A stretch of 59,588 nt of DNA from Pseudomonadota bacterium (GTDB lineage: Bacteria > UBA10199 > 2-02-FULL-44-16 > JBDRGF01). Within the stretch, counting starts at the first letter, position 1; each line of letters starts with the position of its first letter. The position numbers and the translations under genes are program-made. This document shows positions 41,949-52,314 of the stretch, piece after piece. The DNA is taken from positions 1-59,588 of the forward strand of contig JBDRGF010000071.1 in assembly GCA_043818055.1 (NCBI GenBank), read 5' to 3'. Under the pieces are notes generated by a model, which was not told where the DNA came from, searched no databases, and saw only the letters and a program-made list of their open reading frames with translations.

Positions 41949-42202
41949 TAAGTGTTCAAAATTGACAGGCATTTGCCAAATTTTTTTCCCTCCTCACATG
42001 GAAAATGGAATTTTTCAGAGGTACCTATAATAATGTTCACAAATACATATTATGTTCATGCATCGTGAACATAGTGTGATTTTATGAACATAGACATTAA
42101 AAGCGTTTTATTGATGATATGGAGATTACCATTTATTTTCTGGACGTGAAAAGGAGATTTATAGAGTTTTCAACAATTTAACTTTCCCTGTTATCAAATT
42201 TA

Positions 42203-43093
42203 TTAATCATTTAGGCTCATACTTTCAATTGCAATACGCGCTAATAATTTAACAATGTAACAATCTTCACCTATATCAGACATTGTCGTATCAAAATCAA
42301 AAACCTTACTTCCTCTCTTACTATGAGCAATACCACATCGGATATCACTATATAGGTACTCTGCAATATTTTTACATTTTATCTTGTTTATCCTCTTCAC
42401 AGCCCTTCGTTTATAGATAGAAAAAAGATTTTTTCTCCTGCCTTGCGTTAAAGGCACACTAATCTCCAAAAATCCAAAATCATAATCATGAATTTTATTT
42501 ATATTTGCTTCTATCCATTTTTTGCCATTATCATCACTTATGCATTCGAGTATGCGATAATAATTCAAATATTCAGACAAAGGGTCAACCTGCCGAAGAG
42601 CGCTTGCATATAAAGCTATCACTTCCTTAATTTTTCCATATCGATTAGTGTAAGGAATATCAATTAACTTATTAATGTTGTCGTATTTATATTTAATCAT
42701 ACCAACTGAATGTTTAACATCAACAAGAGAATCATAAACACTTTTCAATGCTTTTTGATAATCATCACTGCCGTATTTAAACGTTGAACCATCCGTCTTC
42801 CAATGCATAATAGATGGATGAATAAAGAATTTGGATTTATTCACATATGATATGTGAGTTGGAATTTCATGCTCATAAGCAAGACAGTTAGCGTAAAATA
42901 ACACATCGCTAAACAAAAGTTGTTTCTCTTTAACAGGACTCAAAACGGCAACCGAACATCCAGGGTCAATATGATATAGTAAATACTTACTATCAACTAA
43001 AGTAGTTAAACGATTCCATCCATGTATTCCTATCAAATCAATGAAGTAATCTGCTTTATCTGTGTAACTATATTTACCAATCTTAATTTTCAT
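42203..43093 (-). CDS. MauJ-like / HEPN-type protein
   Basis: ALYASALR...YLNYYRILE and C-terminal LYSDIRCGIAHSK (RxxxxH); AT-rich. Confidence 0.65.
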   Translation of the reverse strand: MKIKIGKYSYTDKADYFIDLIGIHGWNRLTTLVDSKYLLYHIDPGCSVAVLSPVKEKQLLFSDVLFYANCLAYEHEIPTHISYVNKSKFFIHPSIMHWKTDGSTFKYGSDDYQKALKSVYDSLVDVKHSVGMIKYKYDNINKLIDIPYTNRYGKIKEVIALYASALRQVDPLSEYLNYYRILECISDDNGKKWIEANINKIHDYDFGFLEISVPLTQGRRKNLFSIYKRRAVKRINKIKCKNIAEYLYSDIRCGIAHSKRGSKVFDFDTTMSDIGEDCYIVKLLARIAIESMSLND

Positions 43094-43294
43094 ATTGTAT
43101 GTTTCTCACTATCTAGCATAAGAGTGAGTTATCATTAACATTTTTGGCATCAAATATTTTAACCAATTCATCACCGGCAATTTGAAGCTTGATAGCCAAT
43201 ATTAAGTTTAATTTAAACTCCATTTGCATTTCTCAATTTCGCGCAAGATCACTCCACCCCCTGTCTTACTATTTTCCACAATTTACCAGGTCTG

Positions 43295-44230
43295 TCACAA
43301 TTTATCAAGATAGCTATAAAGCCTTTTAAATATCTCTTCAAAAGAAGGTTTTTCACCATAGTATAATGTACTCGTCTGATATGATCTCTTTACTGCCTTA
43401 TACTGATCTGTATCCATCAAGAATGCTGGACTTGATGTAAAAATAAGGCCTTCGGGGATATGCTCATTAGAGAATTTTTCTCTATCATATCGAGCAACAT
43501 CAGCCTTGATATCCATATGTTCTTTGGAACCAAGTCGGGAACTCACGTTATCATGGCCTAATAAGCAATATAGATCGTAAAAGTGTCTCTCTTTATCGAT
43601 CAGACGTTTTTGAAAATATGCCCTATGTATTGAAAAGACCTTTTCTACAAATGTCCTAAGTGGATCTAATATTTTAAGATTAAAATATTTTATATTTTCA
43701 ATTTCGTTCAGAATACTTGGTTTCTGTCTCAAAATTTCTTTCCCAATAATTGACTGTATATCAACAAAATCATAAGGTTCTGGTCCACCTCTAAAACCCA
43801 TCTCCATTTTAATATAAGGAAGAATTCCACTATACTTCTCACATGGATATTTAAAGCACGACGTCCTGTTTTCATCTGCAACAAAGTTGTCATTATTTCC
43901 TGCATCAAACTCTAAATCGGAGATCTGAGATATAAGATTTTGAACATCCTTTAGAGTCCCTCTCTTTTTCTTTTTGCTGCTTATTTCAGGAGTTACAATA
44001 AACAGAAGATCTACATCCTCTGAAAATCTGTTAATCAAATTATATCCCTTAGATAATGAAGTACCTCCCTTGAATATAAAATCACCTGCATACTTGGACA
44101 GCTGTAGTATCCTCAAAATCTCGGTTACCCAATAATCCTTGAGGATAATAGCTGAAGGAATATTTGATTTTGCAAAAACGGCATTAATCAAATCCTTAAA
44201 ATCTGATCTCTCATGTAATAAATCAGTCAA
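43295..44230 (-). CDS. AbiEii/AbiGii nucleotidyltransferase toxin (type IV TA)
   Basis: KDYWV, FKGGTSLSKGY, RFSEDVDL, RTFVEK, RHFYDL. Confidence 0.93.
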   Translation of the reverse strand: MTDLLHERSDFKDLINAVFAKSNIPSAIILKDYWVTEILRILQLSKYAGDFIFKGGTSLSKGYNLINRFSEDVDLLFIVTPEISSKKKKRGTLKDVQNLISQISDLEFDAGNNDNFVADENRTSCFKYPCEKYSGILPYIKMEMGFRGGPEPYDFVDIQSIIGKEILRQKPSILNEIENIKYFNLKILDPLRTFVEKVFSIHRAYFQKRLIDKERHFYDLYCLLGHDNVSSRLGSKEHMDIKADVARYDREKFSNEHIPEGLIFTSSPAFLMDTDQYKAVKRSYQTSTLYYGEKPSFEEIFKRLYSYLDKL

Positions 44231-44945
44231 TGTTCCACTCCTTCGAATGTTTTAAAACCTCATTAACCTTTAATTTGAAAATTGTAAGAGGATTTAAACT
44301 CTTTTTAAGTTGGTCTTTCATTTTACTCGAAAGATTAATTTCATCTCCAATTGCACCAACAAGTGCTCTGACTCTTGGCGATTCCTTCAATGCAAATTTA
44401 GCCAATCTATCACATGATACCTTGTGTTTTTTTATATAAGAAATAATTTTTTTAATTGCTACATCAGGAGAGCATCCTGAAATTTTATTTATTTTCATCA
44501 AAGCATTTAATATCCATATCTCTTGCTCAAAAGCACCCTTTAGATGTGTAACATTTCTCCTCGTAGTTTTAATATTATCTATGGAAGTTCTTTTCTCAGA
44601 AATCAGTGAATATTTTGATGGTACCTGATTAATCAACCCCAGATTATAGAAGGCGATATAATCCGAGCTGTAGCCCTTAGGTAACAATTTTTTACCTATC
44701 TGCTCTGGTGGAGGATAGGTGCAGCCTAAAACTGTTTCCTTGGGATAATAATATAATCCCTTGTTAATACGTATTAATAGCCCCTGTTTATAAAGGCGAT
44801 ACAGGTTTTTAGTAACAACCTGCGGAGATAAATCCGGAAAGTCGCCTAGATTCCACAGACAATCTGGTCCTTTAGCAAGGATTCTCTGTTTAATAACCTG
44901 TGCTACTGAATTCACTGACTTTCTCATCTTTTTGGAATTCTTCAT
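44223..44945 (-). CDS. AbiEi-type antitoxin (DUF6088-like wHTH)
   Basis: LYRLYKQGLLIRINKGLYYYPK, YNLGLINQVP, PRVRALVGAI; overlaps the AbiEii start. Confidence 0.85.
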   Translation of the reverse strand: MKNSKKMRKSVNSVAQVIKQRILAKGPDCLWNLGDFPDLSPQVVTKNLYRLYKQGLLIRINKGLYYYPKETVLGCTYPPPEQIGKKLLPKGYSSDYIAFYNLGLINQVPSKYSLISEKRTSIDNIKTTRRNVTHLKGAFEQEIWILNALMKINKISGCSPDVAIKKIISYIKKHKVSCDRLAKFALKESPRVRALVGAIGDEINLSSKMKDQLKKSLNPLTIFKLKVNEVLKHSKEWNID

Positions 44946-44970
44946 AAATCGCAGGTTATGATAATTTGTT

Positions 44971-45010
44971 TTATCTGTCCAGTAAATGTTGCCATTAACT
45001 GGACATATAA
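44971..45010. promoter_or_regulatory. Inverted-repeat operator of the AbiE operon
   Basis: TTATCTGTCCAGTAAATG / CATTAACTGGACATATAA (16 of 18 paired) just upstream of the antitoxin; AbiEi proteins are known to autoregulate via IRs. Confidence 0.65.
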
Positions 45011-45078
45011 CGCTATAACCACATGGATATATTAGATAATTACAGTCCCAGAAGAAAACTGCGATGCTCAGACGATGT

Positions 45079-46656
45079 TTATATTTTTTTCACCAAACTA
45101 CACTCCACAGCCTTAATCGCATCGACGGCTGAGCTGGTGATACCGCCGGCGTAGCCGGAGCCCTCGCCTATCGGGTAGAGGTTTTTGATGTTTATAGATT
45201 CATACTCTTCGTTTCGCCTCATCCTCACGGGGCAGGATGTCCTCGTTTCGGCGCCTAACAATATTGCGTGTTTGGAAACAAAGAGCGGAGAATCATTTTT
45301 CCATTTTTTGAAGGCTATCGACAATGCGTCTGATACGAACTTTGGAAAGATCTCCTTCATGTCTGCAGCAGTTGTACCCATTTTATAGGAATTTTTATTT
45401 AGTTCGCTTGATACTCTGCCGGCTAAAAAGTCTGTCAGATTCTGCGCGGGAACTTTCCAGTCTCCTCCGCCTGCCCTGAATGCCTTTCGCTCAACATCTC
45501 TTTGAAACTCAATGCCAGCCAGGGGATGAGATGAGCCATAATCAGCTGTATTACATGTAACAACGATAGCTGAGTTTGAAAATGCCGATGATCTGCCAGA
45601 GTAACTCATACCGTTTACGACCAGCATCTCATCTTCGGATGAAGCGTTTAACACCTCGCCACCCGGGCACATACAAAAGGTATATATCCCTCTTCCAATT
45701 TTCCGGTCGGTATGTGTGAATGAGTAGCTGGCGGCACCGATGCCCGGAAAATCTTTATATTTTTTACCATACCTGATGAGATTTATAATTTCAGCGGGAT
45801 GTTCTAATCTCATACCGATTGAGATCGGCTTCGGCTCAACGAAGATATTATTTTTAAAAGCGATCTCAAATGTATCGCGCGCAGAATGACCCACTGCAAG
45901 ATAAATAGTTGATGAACGATATTCCTTTTCCCCGTTTATCACAACGCCAACAAGCGCGCCGTCATCTATCAGCATATCTGTCATCTTTGAGCCAAAATGT
46001 ATATCGCCGCCCCTTTCAAGTATATAGTTCCTCATCCTGATGACGATTTTGCACAACACGTCTGTGCCCAAATGAGGTTTGCTCAAGTATCCTATCTCCT
46101 CAGGCGCGCCGAACTTGATAAAAGTGTCTAGCACCTTGTCTGCATATTTGGAATTCTTTATTCTGGAAAATAACTTTCCGTCTGAGTATGAACCTGCCCC
46201 ACCCTCTCCAAACTGAATGTTTGATTCAGTGTTAAGCACCCTATCCCCTATCAATTTCTGAATATCAATTTCACGTTCTTCTATCTTCTTGCCTCGCTCA
46301 AATATGAGCGGCTTTATACCGCGGTCGATTAATTCCAGTGCAGCAAATATACCGGCGGGACCAAAGCCTATTATTATGGGGCGGTCTTTGAGCTTTACCT
46401 GTTTGATATCCTCTTCAATTTTATCGGTATAAACTGGAAGGTTGTCCTTGTTCACAAAGCTGTCAGGAACATTCACGACGATCGACATTTCATAAAAAAA
46501 CTGTTTTTTCCCGCGCGCGTCGAGCGACTTGCTCAATATTTTAACGAATTCAATTTTATCTTTGTCGATATTTAGATGATCAGAAGCAGCTAATTTGTAA
46601 TTATCTACCCCGTCTTTCTCCACAGGTATCCGCAAATTGTTTAATATCAGCTTCAA
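45079..46656 (-). CDS. FAD-dependent oxidoreductase (uncharacterised dehydrogenase family)
   Basis: IIGFGPAG, FGEGGAGSYSDGKL, AVGHSARD, TFCMCPGG, GEGSGYAGGITSSAVD. Confidence 0.9.
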   Translation of the reverse strand: MKLILNNLRIPVEKDGVDNYKLAASDHLNIDKDKIEFVKILSKSLDARGKKQFFYEMSIVVNVPDSFVNKDNLPVYTDKIEEDIKQVKLKDRPIIIGFGPAGIFAALELIDRGIKPLIFERGKKIEEREIDIQKLIGDRVLNTESNIQFGEGGAGSYSDGKLFSRIKNSKYADKVLDTFIKFGAPEEIGYLSKPHLGTDVLCKIVIRMRNYILERGGDIHFGSKMTDMLIDDGALVGVVINGEKEYRSSTIYLAVGHSARDTFEIAFKNNIFVEPKPISIGMRLEHPAEIINLIRYGKKYKDFPGIGAASYSFTHTDRKIGRGIYTFCMCPGGEVLNASSEDEMLVVNGMSYSGRSSAFSNSAIVVTCNTADYGSSHPLAGIEFQRDVERKAFRAGGGDWKVPAQNLTDFLAGRVSSELNKNSYKMGTTAADMKEIFPKFVSDALSIAFKKWKNDSPLFVSKHAILLGAETRTSCPVRMRRNEEYESINIKNLYPIGEGSGYAGGITSSAVDAIKAVECSLVKKI

Positions 46657-46689
46657 AATAAGTCCTTTTTTTAAGTACTATATAGCAGG

Positions 46690-46811
46690 TTGTTATCCCT
46701 GCGAACCAACTATGTCATAATTCGAATGTTGTAGCGCATTATAACGCGGGCTAAAGCCCGCGGCTACATTAAAAAACCAATTATGACACAGTCTGTCCGC
46801 GAGAATGACAA
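46690..46811. repeat. Nested REP/MITE composite
   Basis: Outer TTGTTATCCCTGCG...CGCGAGAATGACAA; middle IR ACTATGTCATAATT (46709)/AATTATGACACAGT (to 46792); inner GTAG..CGCGGGCTAAAGCCCGCGGCTAC. Confidence 0.75.
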
Positions 46812-46840
46812 TACAGAAAAAGGCGACTCAGAGCTATAAG

Positions 46841-46870
46841 AAAAAGCCCCCACACAAGTGGAGGCTTTTT
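46841..46870 (-). terminator. Rho-independent (bidirectional-type) terminator after the cold-shock gene
   Basis: AAAAAGCCCCCAC-ACAA-GTGGAGGCTTTTT. Confidence 0.7.
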
Positions 46871-46984
46871 ATTTATTACTCAGCGTAGCACAAAATGTTA
46901 GAACCAAGACCGGACACTCGCCCAACTTAGTTTTTCCACACTCATCCTACACAATATTTCGAAGCTAAACCGTTTATTGTCTGA

Positions 46985-47179
46985 TTACTTTTTGCTTACT
47001 TTTTCTGCGCAAGGACCTTTTTCGCCTTGACCAGCTTCGTATTCGACATTGTCACCTTCGGTAATTGGACCATTTAATATTGCCGAGGAGTGGACAAAGA
47101 GATCTTTTCCACCATTGTCCGGCTTAATAAATCCAAAACCCTTTGCTTCATTGAAAAACTTTACTGTACCCGTTTCCAT
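46985..47179 (-). CDS. Cold-shock protein (CspA family)
   Basis: [15 protein letters not shown] (RNP1), DLFVHSS (RNP2), KGPCA. Confidence 0.95.
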   Translation of the reverse strand: METGTVKFFNEAKGFGFIKPDNGGKDLFVHSSAILNGPITEGDNVEYEAGQGEKGPCAEKVSKK

Positions 47180-47513
47180 AACTTTCTTCCTTTCTCTTTG
47201 TCATATAAGAATTTACATAACAATTTCAATAACCATGAATATATACACGATCAATATTATTAGCAATCAGTTTTAGTTAGAAAAAGCATTAGAAAAATGG
47301 GCCCAAATAAATCTGTTTTCTTTTGCTGTTCGTGGAAGTGGATAGTATCGAACTTTTATATAGTCGGCACAGAGCAAACTACTAATATGTTCAATGGAAA
47401 CATTACGAACATCTACATAAGTTGCTTTTTAAATCACCAAGCTTGCAATAACACTTGATAACTATATGATTTTGCTGTACAAAACAAACAACTTTCAAAG
47501 GAGGGGGAAGTAA

Positions 47514-49880
47514 TTGGCCTTTTTCAAGAATATCAGTCTAACCGTTAAGCTCCTCATTGCAGTCCTCGCAAGTTCCCTCCTTACATTTTTGGTGGTCTTC
47601 GGAATAGGCTACTCCCTCACGAACAGGGTGATCTATAAGGATGTCGAAAAGATAGGAAGCAATCTGGCAAGTTCGGCTGTAGATAAGATCGAGGATATAT
47701 CCCATGAGATCTCAAGGGTCACCATGGGCATGCAGCTGCTAGCCCAGCATGGGAAAAAAGATGAACATGATCTCTTCAACGTACTCAAGAGCACATTAGA
47801 GAGAAATCGTGATATCTTCGGAATCGCGATATCATATGAACCGTATCTTGGTGATCCGAAGAAAAAATATTTCTCTCCATATTGTCACAGAAAAGAGCGT
47901 GATTTTAAATGCATGATGCTCGGCTCAAGTAAGTACGACTACTTTGAAAAGGCATGGTACAAATCCTCCAAGGAGACCGGCGAGGCACAATGGACAGATC
48001 CATATGTCGAACAGCTCATTATCAACGAGCCCCTTCTCACCTATTCCGAACCCTTTTATAAAACCATCGAAGGAAAGCAGGTCCTACAGGGAATAGTATC
48101 CGCAGACGTATCACTAGAGTGGTTACAGAACGTCATCTCAAAATCTCCTGAAAAATATAATGGCTACCCATTTTTGCTCTCGCAAGAGGGCTCTTTTATT
48201 ACCTTTCCCGAAGAGGGATTTGCCAATACGAAAAATATTAAAGACTTCCCCGAAGCGCAAAATGTGTCAGAGGGCATGATGGGAAAGCTGAGGGGCGTAG
48301 AGGAATTTAACGATTTTGTCACAGGTGAAAAATCCTGGATATTCTTTGAACCTGTCCCGCTAAGCGATTGGTCTATCGGCGTGGTCTTTAAAGAAAGTGA
48401 GCTACTCTCAGATATATTTTATATCGCAAACAGGATGTTGATCCTCTGCATTCTTGGAAGCACAGTGCTTTGCCTGGTAGTCTTTTTTATTTCAAGGAGA
48501 ATCACAAGGCCGCTTAACTCCCTTGCAATGGTAGCCCGTACAATTTCACATGGAAAACTTGATACTCAAATTCCAGCTATGGGTAGAATGGATGAAGTGG
48601 GAAATCTTGCGCGATCCTTCGCAAAGATGCAGAAAGATTTGAAAGAACATATCAATGAACTCTCCAGGAGTATCAGTGCTCGCGCGAAGATATCAAATGA
48701 ACTCTCGATCGCTCACAGTATTCAGCAGAGCATCGTTCCCAAAAACATTCCCCCGATGGGAAAGATGGGAAATGTTGAAGCTTTCGGACTCTTACTTCCA
48801 GCGCAGGAAATTGGCGGTGATCTTTATGACTGTTTTGCCATAGATGAAAAACACACATGTTTTGTAGTGGGTGATGTCTCTGACAAGGGAGTCCACGCAG
48901 CCTTTACAATGGCCTTTGTTGTGACACTATTGAGAGGACTTTCAAACAATCTAAAACATCCCGATCATCTACTCAGGATCATCAATGATGAAATAATCAA
49001 GCGGATCAATGAATCGATGTTCGTCACCCTCTTCTGTGGAATTCTCAACAATGAAACCGGAAAACTCAGATTCGCAAACGCAGGTCACAACCCTCCGGTC
49101 CTCCTGCGCTCAGGGAAGGCGCCATCCTTCCTGAAAGGCGATTTCGGAAAGGCCCTCGGCATCGACTTCGATGCGAAATTTCCCTGGAACAGTATCACGC
49201 TCTCAAAAGGCGATAAGATCTTTTCATACACCGATGGCGTGACCGATGCCATCGATGAAAATGAATCCTTTTTCGGAGAAGAAAACCTTATCGAAATATT
49301 GAAACAGTCGCGAGAAACCAGCCCTGAACAAATCGTCAATGCGGTGATCGATGAGGTGAGACGCCACGCGGGCAAGTGCCCATTGCCAGACGATATAGCC
49401 ATGCTTTGCCTATCCCTCACCTCCTGCGAATCTAAAAGTCTTAATATCGCCGTCGAAAACGACATGAAATCGATAAAAGAAATCGCTGACGCGCTCAATG
49501 AATTTTGCAAGAGTTTCGGATGTGACATAGATTTCATAAATGAACTCAACCTGGCTATCGAAGAAACCGTTGTGAACATAATCAACTTTGCATACGAAGA
49601 TGATGAACGACATGAGATTGAGATAACGATCATCAAATCCGGCGCTGTGATAGAGGTAACGATCATGGATGATGGGAGACCCTTTGATCCCCTTAAACAT
49701 ACAATATCTGATAAGGGCCACTCCATAAAAGATATGCCTTTAGGTGGATTAGGTATTATACTCACCAAAAATATGGTAGATAAGGCAGAGTATGTGAGAG
49801 TTGGAAAATATAATAAGCTCAAACTGATCAAAATAATTGGAGAAGGCGATGACAGAAAAAACCGAAAAAATAGCAAATGA
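47514..49880 (+). CDS. Cache-HAMP-SpoIIE (PP2C) phosphatase fused to an RsbW-like anti-sigma kinase domain
   Basis: TM-dCache(WY..WTDPY)-TM-HAMP; GGDLYD, GDVSDKG, NAGHNPP, YTDGVTD, DDIAM; LAIEETVVN, DDGRPFDP, GGLGI. Confidence 0.92.
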   Translation: MAFFKNISLTVKLLIAVLASSLLTFLVVFGIGYSLTNRVIYKDVEKIGSNLASSAVDKIEDISHEISRVTMGMQLLAQHGKKDEHDLFNVLKSTLERNRDIFGIAISYEPYLGDPKKKYFSPYCHRKERDFKCMMLGSSKYDYFEKAWYKSSKETGEAQWTDPYVEQLIINEPLLTYSEPFYKTIEGKQVLQGIVSADVSLEWLQNVISKSPEKYNGYPFLLSQEGSFITFPEEGFANTKNIKDFPEAQNVSEGMMGKLRGVEEFNDFVTGEKSWIFFEPVPLSDWSIGVVFKESELLSDIFYIANRMLILCILGSTVLCLVVFFISRRITRPLNSLAMVARTISHGKLDTQIPAMGRMDEVGNLARSFAKMQKDLKEHINELSRSISARAKISNELSIAHSIQQSIVPKNIPPMGKMGNVEAFGLLLPAQEIGGDLYDCFAIDEKHTCFVVGDVSDKGVHAAFTMAFVVTLLRGLSNNLKHPDHLLRIINDEIIKRINESMFVTLFCGILNNETGKLRFANAGHNPPVLLRSGKAPSFLKGDFGKALGIDFDAKFPWNSITLSKGDKIFSYTDGVTDAIDENESFFGEENLIEILKQSRETSPEQIVNAVIDEVRRHAGKCPLPDDIAMLCLSLTSCESKSLNIAVENDMKSIKEIADALNEFCKSFGCDIDFINELNLAIEETVVNIINFAYEDDERHEIEITIIKSGAVIEVTIMDDGRPFDPLKHTISDKGHSIKDMPLGGLGIILTKNMVDKAEYVRVGKYNKLKLIKIIGEGDDRKNRKNSK

Positions 49881-51282
49881 ATTATTAGAAAAGGCCTCGA
49901 TAGCTGCCGCTATTTACAGTGAGCTAGATCAGACCACCACCGACAGGATTGTAGAGGCGATCTACGAGGCCGCGATCAAAAACAGGGTCAAGCTTGCCAG
50001 GATGGCAAACGAGGAGACAGGTATAGGTATATGGGAGCATAAGGCCATTAAAAATACACTGGCCGCAAAACTCGTCTACGAAGATATCAAGAACGAAAAG
50101 ACCGTTGGAATTATCTCAGACGATGAATCAGGCGGAATCATGGAGATCGCCCAGGCGTTGGGACCGATCGTAGCAGTGAGTCCCGTTACAAACCCAACAT
50201 CGACCATAATCTTCAAATCTCTGATCACAGCGAAGACCCAAAACCCGGTCATCTTCAGCCCACATCCATCGGCCCACAAATGCACCACCGAAGCAGCGCG
50301 GATCTGCTATGAAGCCGCGCTTAAGGCAGGCGCTCCGGATGACTGCATCCAGTGGGTCCCGGAAAGCTCAAGGGAGCTCACCAGCGCCCTTATGTCTCAT
50401 CCCAAAACCTCACTCGTTCTGGCTACAGGAGGCCCAACACTGGTAAAGGCCGCATACAGTTCAGGAACACCAGCATTCGGCGTCGGTTCGGGAAATGTTC
50501 CGGTTTATGTAGAAAAAACTGCCGATCCGAAATTTACAGCGGAAAGTATATTGGCATCAAAAACATTTGATAACGGAACTGTCTGCGCAAGCGAACAGGC
50601 GATCGTTGTTGAAAAGGTGATCGCTAAAGAGTTACAAAAAGAATTCGAAGACCAGGGGGCATATTTCTTAAGCGATGAGGAGATCGATAAGATTTCCCCC
50701 ATATGTATAAATCCAGAGACCGGACTTATGAACCCCAGGATCGTAGGGCGCAGTGCAAATGTCCTAGCCGAGCTTGCTGGCATCTCCGCTCCCAAAGGCA
50801 CCACCTGTCTTATAGCAAAGCAGACACACATTGGGCACGAATATCCACTCTCGGGTGAAATACTTGCACCTATACTTGCATGGTACATAGCCGACGGCTT
50901 CGATTCAGCTCTTAAAATGTGTATAGAACTCAACTACCGAGGAGGAATCGGTCACACAGCTAGCATATATTCAAATGACGAAGAGAGTATCATGCATTTT
51001 TCAAGATTGATGAACGCAGGCAGGATCGTGATAAACACACCCTCCTCACAAGGGGGAGTGGGAGGAATCTTCAATGGACTTCATACATCCTTTACACTTG
51101 GATGTGGTGCGGGAGGAAAAAATATCACGACTGAAAATATTACAGCGAGGAATCTTTTCAATATCAAGCGGGTTTGTCGTAGAAGACCGAATGTGAAATG
51201 GTTCCAGATTCCTGTAGAAAAGATACTCGATGATAATTGTGATGAAAAAGATATTAACGAAAGTTATTCTCATAACCAATAG
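49849..51282 (+). CDS. CoA-acylating aldehyde dehydrogenase (AdhE N-terminal type, stand-alone)
   Basis: [20 protein letters not shown], catalytic [26 protein letters not shown]; no ADH domain. Confidence 0.92.
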   Translation: MTEKTEKIANELLEKASIAAAIYSELDQTTTDRIVEAIYEAAIKNRVKLARMANEETGIGIWEHKAIKNTLAAKLVYEDIKNEKTVGIISDDESGGIMEIAQALGPIVAVSPVTNPTSTIIFKSLITAKTQNPVIFSPHPSAHKCTTEAARICYEAALKAGAPDDCIQWVPESSRELTSALMSHPKTSLVLATGGPTLVKAAYSSGTPAFGVGSGNVPVYVEKTADPKFTAESILASKTFDNGTVCASEQAIVVEKVIAKELQKEFEDQGAYFLSDEEIDKISPICINPETGLMNPRIVGRSANVLAELAGISAPKGTTCLIAKQTHIGHEYPLSGEILAPILAWYIADGFDSALKMCIELNYRGGIGHTASIYSNDEESIMHFSRLMNAGRIVINTPSSQGGVGGIFNGLHTSFTLGCGAGGKNITTENITARNLFNIKRVCRRRPNVKWFQIPVEKILDDNCDEKDINESYSHNQ

Positions 51283-51291
51283 GGGGTAGAG

Positions 51292-51612
51292 ATGGTAGAA
51301 TTTAATTTTGAGCCCCAAGGCTCCACAGTAACATGTATGTTCAAGGGGAGAATGGATAGCACGGCCTCAATGGAGGCCAACAAGCAGATCTCTGCAAAGC
51401 TCGATGAGATCTCAAAGGAAGTGGATTTAAAAAATATTAAGGTCGTCTTTAATCTAAAGGAGGTGGACTACATCTCATCCGCATTTATGCGCATTTGTCT
51501 TCAGACTGTACAAACGATCACACAAGAAAACTTTTCGATCAAAGAGACCAGCCCCTTCGTTATGAAGGTCTTCAAGATGACAGGATTGGATAAGGATCTG
51601 AACGTTTCGTAA
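51292..51612 (+). CDS. STAS-domain anti-anti-sigma factor (RsbV/SpoIIAA-like)
   Basis: GRMDS, VDYISSAFMR phospho-Ser motif, VFKMTGLD. Confidence 0.9.
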   Translation: MVEFNFEPQGSTVTCMFKGRMDSTASMEANKQISAKLDEISKEVDLKNIKVVFNLKEVDYISSAFMRICLQTVQTITQENFSIKETSPFVMKVFKMTGLDKDLNVS

Positions 51613-51715
51613 TATAAACACATTTCCAGATTTGTTGAATTTTCACCGATTTAATGATAATCGCACTACACTATGTCAACATTCGGATTGAGCACTGATG
51701 CTTACAAACAAATAG

Positions 51716-52165
51716 CTACGAATAAAAAGATTGCAGCGGAAGGTTTGAAAGTTCTCCATTGAGAGCTGTTAAAAGAAATTCGGTTCTCTCTTTCACGAGG
51801 TAATAAAATTTTCTATAGTCACCGACATAGTTCTGTGTGAGTTCTTTAATGAATCTTGTTTCGCCAAAGTAAATATAATATTCTTTTAAAGTTTGAGTGA
51901 GATCACTGGAGAGTTCAGAATCATTTAGTATAGGTGCTAAACTTGGATTTTCCGCGATTGCTCATAGGATCAAATCAACATGCAACTGAGAATTATCAAA
52001 TCTAAAAACTGAGCAGCATTGCGAGCTTAATCCTACGGCCTTTCCTGGATTTTGATCTATCCTTCTGGTATGGCTGAAATCCTTACTCTTATGATCAAGT
52101 AGAGTCCATTGCCCAGTGAAAGCTCTAGTAGCTTGAAATATGCTCCAATTTTCAATTTTCCTCAT
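51716..52165 (-). pseudogene. 150-codon frame interrupted by one in-frame TGA
   Basis: ATG 52165, TGA at 51962-51964, then 81 further open codons to TAG at 51716-51718. Confidence 0.4.
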
Positions 52166-52314
52166 TAGAATCTTATTATCGCACTTTTTAGCTAAAAGTT
52201 GCGCTACTTTTTTACAAATTTTTTCTATCTAATGTCCGTCTGGTTTGATCTGTTGCTCTGTCTGAATTGACATTTATGCCAGCAACATCCAGTGTCTTGT
52301 GAGAGCTCAAAAAC

